A stretch of 64,000 bases of DNA. It comes from an uncultured Phaeodactylibacter sp. Lineage in GTDB: Bacteria; Bacteroidota; Bacteroidia; Chitinophagales; Saprospiraceae. Below, piece after piece: positions 56,808 to 64,000 of this stretch. The notes below the pieces were generated by a model. It was not told the DNA's origin. It was given only the letters and a program-made list of their open reading frames with translations, and did no database searches. Every line of letters starts with the position of its first letter. Position 1 is the first letter of the stretch. Where the stretch lies: NCBI GenBank assembly GCA_964575505.1, contig CAZNSK010000001.1, forward strand, positions 83,259-147,258, read 5' to 3'. Position numbers and translations under genes: made by a program.

Positions 56808-57272
56808 GATTGCTGTTTTGTGGTAAAATTAATCAATCATAGGACTCTCTGCGGATGACCGGGCAAAGTTTCCTTCTGACCATTGACGCCCCCAATCGGA
56901 GAAAGGTGTGGCGCTTTGGCTTAAAAGTTGTCCGGAAATTTGCAAAAGGCCAACAAAATACGGATTTTGATAATCTGTAAACGACATAATGAACGCTAGC
57001 CTTTTAGGAACGGTTTAGAAATTTTATTTTTGCCAAACCAGCGCACTAACACAAAGATTACTGTTTTTTCATGTTTGAAAAAGCATTAGGCGCTTGCCCT
57101 CCGTTCCTACCACTATAACAACACACCTGCTTTTACCGTAGCCTCTGCAGCGCCCCCCATGCTGCAGTGTGAATCGCATATCCTGCAACCAACCGCACCT
57201 GCCTCCGCCGTTGCCTAAGACGCATTCGCCGGAAGCGCCCCTCGTAAACCCAGACTTCGTAAAATACCGCAT

Positions 57273-60200
57273 ATGCAAAAACTACGCTGCACGATCCCTG
57301 TTTTGCTGCTCAGCTTTGCCCTTCCTGCCCAGGTTACTTTTGAATTCCAGCCCCGGGAAGCGCATTTTTCTCAAGCACTGGCTCAGCAATTTGAATCTTA
57401 CACGCTACTACAGGTACCTACCGACAGCCTGTATCTTTTCCTGCAGTCGGCTGGCCCTGCCCCTTCCGTATTGGCCCTGGATTTTGGCGGCCAGGAAGCC
57501 TTTGAAGTGGAGCTGCAGCCCTATGACCTGCGCGCTTCCGGCTACACCGTACGGATAGCTGAAGCAGAGGGCATACGCACCTTGCCCCCTTCCCCCAATA
57601 AAACGTACCGGGGCCAGCGGGCCGGCGCCCCGGGGGAAGAAGTAAGATTGACGGTGGGCCGTGGGTTCCTTTACGGATACCTGACCCGGGGCGAGGCCAC
57701 CTATTATATAGAACCCGCATGGCTGTTAGACCCCGATTTGCCAACAGGGCTTTTTGTATGGTACGAAGCGGCAGATGTGATAGCCCAGAATCTGACCGGC
57801 ACCTGCGGCACCTCCCATTCTTTGCCCCCTGCCCCTCAGGCCCGGCGCATCGCTTCCGGTTGCTACGCACTGGGTATGGGGCTGGCGGCGGATTACGCAT
57901 TATACGAAGCGCTGGGCTCGGTATCCGCCACCGAAAACTTCATGTTGGGCGTGTTGAATAATGTGGGGACCAACTACAATGACGAATTCGATAACGAGAT
58001 TGAATTGAAGGTGAATGGGGCCTTCATCTCCACTTGCGCTACCTGCGACCCCTGGCCTGCCTCCACAGATGCATCCGCTGTACTGAGCAGCTTTACGAAC
58101 TGGGGTAATAACGGCGGCTTTGGCTTTTCCCATAGCCTGGCGACGCTGTGGACGGAGCGGAACTTTAATGGCACGACGATTGGAGTAGCTTGGCCCGGCG
58201 GGCTGTGCAACGCGGACCGCTACAATGCCTGCCAAAGCTTTGCAGCCAATGCAGCCTTGCTCCGGGTGCTGCAAGCCCACGAAATCGGGCATAATTTTAG
58301 TGCCCAGCACGATGCCGATGGAGACAATACCATTATGGCGCCTTCTGTCAATACCAGTACGGTCTGGTCGGCCGCTTCCCAAAACGCAGTTAATAGTTAC
58401 GTCAGTGCGTTGGCTGATTTCCCCAACTGTTTTGGCCCGTGCGGCGACGTCGCTCTGCCACCTGATGCCCAAATTAGCACACCCGTGATAAACGCATGCC
58501 CAGGCAGCTATGTGCAGTTTTTGGACCAGTCAACCAATAATCCCACCGCCTGGTCCTGGTCCTTTACGGGCGGTACGCCCAGCACTTCTACCGAGCAGAA
58601 CCCAGTAGTCTACTTCCCGGATGCTGGCGTCTACACTGCTACCCTGACCGTTACGAATGATGCAGGCGCTTCCACAGGCGTATCTGAGGCCATTGCCATA
58701 GAAGAAGGGCAAACCCGCTATCTCTTTTACGATGCCATGGAGGGCCCCCTGGATAATTGGTCGGTTGATAATCCCGACAACGGGGTGACCTGGGCGGTAA
58801 CCACAGTAGGCGGCAGCCCGGCCGGGCAGCGGGCAGTTTACGTCAATAATTACGATTACGACGCCGCCGGACAGAAGGATGCCCTCATTTCTCCACCGTT
58901 TGATTTTTCCGAAGTTGACAATATCCACTTGCGATTCGACTATGCCTATCAGCGGTACAGTATCGCTCTGCGTGATCAGCTACGGGTCTGGGTGTCCACC
59001 GATGGCGGTGCTACTTTTCCGGATGAGGTTTTCTTCGGGGATGAAAACGGTAGTGGCAACTTTGCGACTACGCCCGATGGCACCGGCGCTTTTCTGCCTC
59101 TGTTGCCAGCCGATTGGTGCCATGCTGGGGATTTCGGTGCGGATTGCGCCGATGTCGACCTGTCTGCTTACGCCGGCGAATCAAATGTGCGCCTGAAAAT
59201 TGAGAACACCAACGGCTTCGGCAACAACCTCTATATTGATAACGTCCGCATCACGGCATCCTGTGCCATTCTTTCTCCACCTGTGGCTGCCTTGTCCGCC
59301 GATACGCAGTCAGGCTGTGCGCCTTTCCAGGTGCAATTTACCGATGAAAGCACTGGGCAAATTGATAACTGGGCGTGGTCTTTCCCGGGCGGTGACCCGG
59401 CGGTGTCCAATCAGCAACACCCCACCGTCACCTATGAGGTCCCGGGCTCCTATCCGGTGATGCTTACCGTCTCCAATTCAGCAGGCAGCAGTACCGCAAC
59501 GCTCGATAATGAAATTGCAGTGAACACCGTGCCCGACCCTTACTTCCTGTATCAGGCAAATGGGCTGTCTGTGGCTTTTGGCAACCTCACGGACAACTAC
59601 ACTGGCATCAAATGGGAGTTTGGGGATGGGCATACGGCAGACACCCCGGATGTCACCCATGTGTATGATGAACCGGGGATTTACACCGTTACTTTGTCCG
59701 CAGAAAATGAATGTGGCACTGCGTACTACAGTGAGGTGATTGAGCTGGTGCCCCCACCCACTGCCGGCTTTTTCTCAGAATCCTTGTCCGGCTGTGCCCC
59801 CGTCCTGATGCAGTTCATCAATACTACGGCTTATGGAGACCAGTTTCAATGGTTCTTTGAGGGCGCTACCCCCTCAAGCTCCACCGACCCCGACCCCATT
59901 GCCAGTTTCCCAGACCCCGGAACATATGAGGTAACCCTGATTGCGGCCAACGATGCCGGAGCCGATACCCTCACCCAGCCGGTGACGATATTTGGAGGGC
60001 CGCAAAGTGCTTTTGTACCCAATACCACGCCGGGCAGCCTGGAAGTCTCCTTTGCCAATAACGCCACTGATGCTTATAGTTTCGAATGGGACTTCGGGGA
60101 TGGCTCGCCCATCAGTACAGAGATTGCCCCCACCCACACCTATAATGCGCCGGGCCAGTACACCGTCACGCTAATCGCAACGAATGACTGCGGCAGCGAA

Positions 60201-62900
60201 GCTTCTGCTCAGCATATCACCCTGGTACTCCCCCCGGTTGCCAACATTCAGGCTGCCGTAGATACCCCCTGTGCTCCATATATATTGGCGCCCCTTGACG
60301 CTTCATCAGGAATGATAGAAAGCCGGGTTTGGACGGCCCCTGGAGCTAACCCACCGGCCTCATCCAGCCCCATGCCCGTATTTGAATATACCCAGCCCGG
60401 TGCCTATACGGTGGTATTGCAAGTCACCAATGCCGCCGGCTTGAGCACAGATACGCTTTCCTTTATGCTGCAGGGCACCCCTCAGGCAGGCTTCACTGTG
60501 GATACCACGCTGGGCAGTACGGCCATTGAACTGGCAGACGCCTCATCAGGAGCGGCGCACTACCAGTGGAGTTTTGGAGATGGCAATTTTTCGACCGAAG
60601 CAGCCCCGGTGCATACCTACGCCACCGATGGCACTTACACCGTCGAGTTGCGGGTTAGCAATGGCTGCGGGGCAGATACTGTAAGCCAGGAGGTTACGGT
60701 CGTTACTTTGCCAGAGGCTGGCTTTTCAGTAAGTGCGGAGAGTGGTTGCGCCCCATTTACGGTAATCCTGTCGCCTGATACGGCTGAAGACCAGTGGGAT
60801 TACACCTACACGGCCAACGGTGCCATCCCGCCGGTATCTACCGATGTGGCCCCCACTTTTTCGTTTCCCTCAGCCGGGGTGTACGCTATTGTGCAGGAAG
60901 TGAGCAACGCCGTTGGCACAAGCCGCGATACGGTAGAAGTCCTGGTGGCTAATCCGCCGCAAGCCAGCTTCACGATTAGCAATGAGCCGGGCAGCCCTTT
61001 GGTAGCCCTTACAAGCATGAGCGATGGAACCGCTGGCCATTACTGGGATTTTGGAGATGGCAACAGCAGCACTGCTGTCCACCCCGCCCATACTTATGCT
61101 GAAGACGGCGAATACCTTATTCGGTTGCAGGTGGAAAACGCCTGTGGTGCCGATACAGCTACTCAGCTCCTCACAGTAGCCACCCCACCCGTTGCAGATT
61201 TCAACCAGGACACTGTAGCCGGGTGCGCGCCGTTATCTTTGGCCCCATCAGACCACTCCAGCCTTAATACCATGAATTGGTCTTGGGTGGCGCCCGGGGC
61301 TGCGCCAAGTATTGCTCAGGGGGCCAGCCCTGAGTTCGTGTACCCTGAACCCGGCATCTATACCTTATACCTGGAGGCAAGCAATGCCGTGGGGGCAAGC
61401 CTGGACTCTATGGTTGTTCATGTGCAGGATGTCCCGGTTGCCGACTTTTCTTACGCCCTCAATGGGTTTGAACTTGCACTGGACAATCAGTCCGAAAACG
61501 CCCACTCGTTTCTTTGGGGCTTTGGGGATGGCAGCAGCAGCCCCCTGCCTTTTCCCAGCCACACTTACAGCGCCCCCGGCGTCTACCCTTTAACCCTGGC
61601 CGCAGTAAACAATTGCGGCCAGGCCGTTGCCGGGGATACGGTGACGGTACTGCCGCCGGTGCCAGCCGCTTCTTTTGAGGTGGAGGCCACGGAGGGCTGT
61701 GTGCCTTTTGAAGTGGCTTACACCAGCACCACTGCATACGCTGATCACTATTACTGGACCTTCCCGGGCGGGGAGCCGGCTCATTCAACCGAAGCTGCTC
61801 CGGTGGTCACCTATGCTGCCCCTGGCGTGTACGGAGCTACTTTGGCAGTCTCCAACTCAACCGGGTCAGATACCCTGGTGGTAAACCAGGCAGTAGAGGC
61901 CAACCTGCCTCCGGTGGCGGGCTTCTCCTTTGTGGTGGAAGCCGCAACGGTTTATTTTGAAAACCAATCGGATGGGGCGGAAACCTTCATTTGGGATTTC
62001 GGCAATGGCACAACGAGCCAGGAAGCGGACCCAACGGTGGACTACGGTGCCGCCGGCAGCTTTGAAGCTACCTTAATCGCAGAGAACAACTGCGGCCGGG
62101 ATACCCTTCGCCAAACGGTAGTTATTAGTGGTTCGGCTCCGGTGCCCCATATTCAGGTGGAGCCGGTAGCGCCCCTCTGCCCGCCAATTACCCTGGAGCT
62201 TTATGCAAACAGCCTGGGGGGAGCAGCGGACGAATGGGCCTGGCACCTGCCCGGCGGCACACCGGAAACCGCGGTGGGAGATACCGTGACGGTAGCTTAC
62301 CTGGATGGCGGCATTTATTCGGTCACCTTGATAGGGGCTAATGCCTACGGTGCGGATACCCTCGTAGCTGACGGCCTGCTGCAGTTGTTGGAGCCACCGG
62401 CTGCTGATTTCGAATTCACAGCCGTTGAAGACGAAGTTAGCTTTAACAACACCTCAACGGGCACAAACGTCTCTTATCTCTGGGATTTTGGAGATGGCTA
62501 TACGAGTGCGGAGGCAGATCCGGTACACACTTTTGCAGCGACGGGGGTTTACCCGGTTTTGCTTACCGCTGCGAATAGTTGCGATACCGCCTCGGCACTG
62601 AAGTGGGTTGAGGTTATGATTTCCAGTGCAGAGGAGCAGCGGATGCAGGAGGTTGTCCATATTTTCCCGAATCCCAACCGCGGCATTTTTACCCTTTCAG
62701 TTGCCAGCCCGTCTGCTTCCCGGCTACGTATGCAGGTGTTTAATACGGTGGGGCAGGCTATGGGGCCAGCAGCCCGGGCCAGTCTCCAGAGCGGGCAATG
62801 GCAATATACCGTCGATGGCAGCCAATGGCCAGCCGGCCTGTACTGGGTAGTGCTCACCGTTGGGGAAAGCCGAATCTACCGGCGGGTGGTTGTGGAATAG
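57273..62900 (+). CDS. Secreted reprolysin-like (M12B-type metzincin) zinc metalloprotease with MAM-like domain, 15 PKD domains and T9SS type A sorting domain
   Basis: 1875 aa with signal peptide MQKLRCTIPVLLLSFALPAQV. HEIGHNFSAQHD lies at nt 58278-58313. PKD motifs recur (W.FGDG...H.Y...G.Y.V.L). The C-terminus is VHIFPNPNRGIFTLSV...GLYWVVLTVGESRIYRRVVVE. Confidence 0.88.
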   Translation: MQKLRCTIPVLLLSFALPAQVTFEFQPREAHFSQALAQQFESYTLLQVPTDSLYLFLQSAGPAPSVLALDFGGQEAFEVELQPYDLRASGYTVRIAEAEGIRTLPPSPNKTYRGQRAGAPGEEVRLTVGRGFLYGYLTRGEATYYIEPAWLLDPDLPTGLFVWYEAADVIAQNLTGTCGTSHSLPPAPQARRIASGCYALGMGLAADYALYEALGSVSATENFMLGVLNNVGTNYNDEFDNEIELKVNGAFISTCATCDPWPASTDASAVLSSFTNWGNNGGFGFSHSLATLWTERNFNGTTIGVAWPGGLCNADRYNACQSFAANAALLRVLQAHEIGHNFSAQHDADGDNTIMAPSVNTSTVWSAASQNAVNSYVSALADFPNCFGPCGDVALPPDAQISTPVINACPGSYVQFLDQSTNNPTAWSWSFTGGTPSTSTEQNPVVYFPDAGVYTATLTVTNDAGASTGVSEAIAIEEGQTRYLFYDAMEGPLDNWSVDNPDNGVTWAVTTVGGSPAGQRAVYVNNYDYDAAGQKDALISPPFDFSEVDNIHLRFDYAYQRYSIALRDQLRVWVSTDGGATFPDEVFFGDENGSGNFATTPDGTGAFLPLLPADWCHAGDFGADCADVDLSAYAGESNVRLKIENTNGFGNNLYIDNVRITASCAILSPPVAALSADTQSGCAPFQVQFTDESTGQIDNWAWSFPGGDPAVSNQQHPTVTYEVPGSYPVMLTVSNSAGSSTATLDNEIAVNTVPDPYFLYQANGLSVAFGNLTDNYTGIKWEFGDGHTADTPDVTHVYDEPGIYTVTLSAENECGTAYYSEVIELVPPPTAGFFSESLSGCAPVLMQFINTTAYGDQFQWFFEGATPSSSTDPDPIASFPDPGTYEVTLIAANDAGADTLTQPVTIFGGPQSAFVPNTTPGSLEVSFANNATDAYSFEWDFGDGSPISTEIAPTHTYNAPGQYTVTLIATNDCGSEASAQHITLVLPPVANIQAAVDTPCAPYILAPLDASSGMIESRVWTAPGANPPASSSPMPVFEYTQPGAYTVVLQVTNAAGLSTDTLSFMLQGTPQAGFTVDTTLGSTAIELADASSGAAHYQWSFGDGNFSTEAAPVHTYATDGTYTVELRVSNGCGADTVSQEVTVVTLPEAGFSVSAESGCAPFTVILSPDTAEDQWDYTYTANGAIPPVSTDVAPTFSFPSAGVYAIVQEVSNAVGTSRDTVEVLVANPPQASFTISNEPGSPLVALTSMSDGTAGHYWDFGDGNSSTAVHPAHTYAEDGEYLIRLQVENACGADTATQLLTVATPPVADFNQDTVAGCAPLSLAPSDHSSLNTMNWSWVAPGAAPSIAQGASPEFVYPEPGIYTLYLEASNAVGASLDSMVVHVQDVPVADFSYALNGFELALDNQSENAHSFLWGFGDGSSSPLPFPSHTYSAPGVYPLTLAAVNNCGQAVAGDTVTVLPPVPAASFEVEATEGCVPFEVAYTSTTAYADHYYWTFPGGEPAHSTEAAPVVTYAAPGVYGATLAVSNSTGSDTLVVNQAVEANLPPVAGFSFVVEAATVYFENQSDGAETFIWDFGNGTTSQEADPTVDYGAAGSFEATLIAENNCGRDTLRQTVVISGSAPVPHIQVEPVAPLCPPITLELYANSLGGAADEWAWHLPGGTPETAVGDTVTVAYLDGGIYSVTLIGANAYGADTLVADGLLQLLEPPAADFEFTAVEDEVSFNNTSTGTNVSYLWDFGDGYTSAEADPVHTFAATGVYPVLLTAANSCDTASALKWVEVMISSAEEQRMQEVVHIFPNPNRGIFTLSVASPSASRLRMQVFNTVGQAMGPAARASLQSGQWQYTVDGSQWPAGLYWVVLTVGESRIYRRVVVE
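59274..62615 (+). repeat. Array of 14 PKD domains arranged as seven A-B pairs
   Basis: Subtype A (GCAP...W.W.F.GG.P, no FGDG) strictly alternates with subtype B (W.FGDG..S....P.H.Y, N.CG) through the whole array. Confidence 0.8.
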
Positions 62901-62930
62901 CGGCCCAAAACGGCTGCCCGGCTTACCCGT

Positions 62931-64000
62931 TCACCGGATGACCGTTGCCGCCCCCTTGTATTCATACTGGTCGCCTCTGGGGCCGGTGAAGGTGACCAAG
63001 ACCATGTAGACCCCTGCCGGCACAGGGTCGCCCACATTGCCTTTGCGGCCATTCCAGCCCTCAAACGGATCACTGGTCTCAAAGATCGCCTCACCCCATC
63101 GGTTGAACACCAGCATTTGGAAGTCCGTGGCACCTTCCAGCTTGCCGGTGCCCCGGTATTCGTCATTGGTGCCATCCTCATTGGGCGTGAAAGCATTAGG
63201 CAGGAAATAGCGCACTTCGGGGATGACATCCAATAGCTGGACCAGGGTGTCCCGGCAGCCACTGGGGTGGGTCACGATTTGCCGGACTTCGTAGATGCCC
63301 GTATCCCGGTACTCGTGCACGGGGCTAGGCTGCAGGGATTGGCCGCCGTCCCCAAAATCATATTCCCAGCGGCTGGCCCCACTCGATTCGTCAAAGAAAG
63401 AAACTACGGGCTCTATATTGCTGGGCCGCGGAGGTGTAAAGGAAAAGCCAGCTACAGGAGCGGGCCGGACGGTAATGAGATTGTTAAAAACCGTATCGGT
63501 TTGGCAGCCCAATGGCGAAACAATCTCCACCCCCACGGTATAGGTGCCCGGCGATTCGTAAGTATAGGTCGGGCTGATAGCTGAACTGCCGCCCCCGTCC
63601 CCGAAGGCCCAGCTGATATCGTAGGATTCGTTGATGGGCGTCGACAGGTTGTCGAAGAAAATTTCAGCCGGAGCACAGCCCAGGAATTCGCTTGGCGCAA
63701 TGACAATCAGCTCGGGTACCGGAAAGTAAGGGATATCCTGGACATAGGTGTCCTCACATTCGTTGATGTCCCTTACAGTCAGGGTTGCCGGGAAGGTGCC
63801 TGGCGTGCTGTAGGTGTAGGTCGGGTTGACTTCATTGGAGCTCCCCCCGTCGCCGAAAGCCCAGGACCAATCGGTAATCTGCCCGCTGCCGGAAAAGGAA
63901 GCATCTGTGAAGGCGGTTGGGCCCGCGACGCAAGTATCATAGTCAAAGGAGAAATCGGCTTCAATGGCAGGGAAAATCTCTACCCGGATGTCGGCTGTGT
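62931..64000 (-). CDS. PKD-repeat surface protein with T9SS type B (gliding-motility-associated, CHU_C-like) C-terminal domain; 5' end beyond the window
   Basis: The tracked ORF opens at GVEIV (GTG 63536), but the same frame stays open upstream (hand translation ...EFLGCAPAEIFFDNLSTPINESYDISWAFGDGGGSSAISPTYTYESPGTYTVGVEIV). The C-terminus is YFLPNAFTPNEDGTNDEY...FNRWGEAIFET...WNGR...GVYMVLVTF. Confidence 0.85.
   Translation of the reverse strand, partial: TADIRVEIFPAIEADFSFDYDTCVAGPTAFTDASFSGSGQITDWSWAFGDGGSSNEVNPTYTYSTPGTFPATLTVRDINECEDTYVQDIPYFPVPELIVIAPSEFLGCAPAEIFFDNLSTPINESYDISWAFGDGGGSSAISPTYTYESPGTYTVGVEIVSPLGCQTDTVFNNLITVRPAPVAGFSFTPPRPSNIEPVVSFFDESSGASRWEYDFGDGGQSLQPSPVHEYRDTGIYEVRQIVTHPSGCRDTLVQLLDVIPEVRYFLPNAFTPNEDGTNDEYRGTGKLEGATDFQMLVFNRWGEAIFETSDPFEGWNGRKGNVGDPVPAGVYMVLVTFTGPRGDQYEYKGAATVIR

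Noticed and set aside
57418-62857. Antisense or alternative-frame ORFs up to 190 aa inside the metalloprotease-PKD gene, and 62876..63262 / 63267..63584 near the type B cargo gene
   Set aside because: They are Gly/Pro/Arg-rich shadow ORFs of GC-rich PKD-coding sequence.
1-64000. Looked for tRNA (GGTTCGAATCC-like T-arms), rRNA, CRISPR repeat-spacer periodicity, integrase/transposase genes, reverse transcriptase (DGR/retron) and phage structural genes
   Set aside because: None was seen by eye. The only periodic DNA is the protein-coding repeats (49.6-55.6 kb, 59.3-62.6 kb) and the 12-nt x3 repeat at 36010. A covariance-model scan (tRNAscan-SE, Infernal) would be needed to exclude small RNAs formally.

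Overview
64-kb segment of a Bacteroidota-type chromosome. This is supported by T9SS C-terminal sorting domains, a short 289-aa primary sigma factor, and TAnnTTTG -7 boxes 20-30 nt upstream of several start codons. nt 1-15.8k is a plus-strand ribosomal super-operon running from rplD (clipped by one base at the window edge) to rplQ. It holds 28 genes in canonical S10/spc/alpha order, including secY, map, infA and a 38-codon rpmJ that falls below the ORF-track cut-off. nt 15.8-49k mixes housekeeping genes (ettA, ileS, gpmI, rpoD) with accessory genes. The accessory set comprises: a DoxX-like gene broken at a T7 run; an orphan 535-aa protein I cannot assign; a DUF3078-like OMP; DJ-1/PfpI; an FNT channel; a sigma-54 activator lacking an HTH; an AraC regulator; an M23 peptidase; a tightly packed 5-gene operon (beta-propeller LytS-type kinase, LytTR regulator, three unknown exported proteins); a MacB-type ABC pair whose permease carries a His/Glu-rich insert; a small accessory islet just upstream of ileS (decayed Rpn-family nuclease gene, nucleotidyltransferase-like gene, Ile-rich 21-codon micro-ORF plus strong terminator, vapBC); an XRE-HTH/membrane pair; and a solitary AddB-like PD-(D/E)XK nuclease. 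nt 49.5-64k is a cluster of three giant T9SS cargo genes. The first is a 2131-aa protein made of 18 tandem ~111-aa Cys-containing repeats that I do not recognise. The second is a 1875-aa metzincin with 15 PKD domains in strict A/B alternation. The third is a partial PKD protein with a type B sorting domain. A small OM beta-barrel gene sits between the first two. No rRNA, tRNA, CRISPR array, integrase or intact transposase was seen. All functional calls come from motif and architecture recognition by eye; no database search or folding computation was run.
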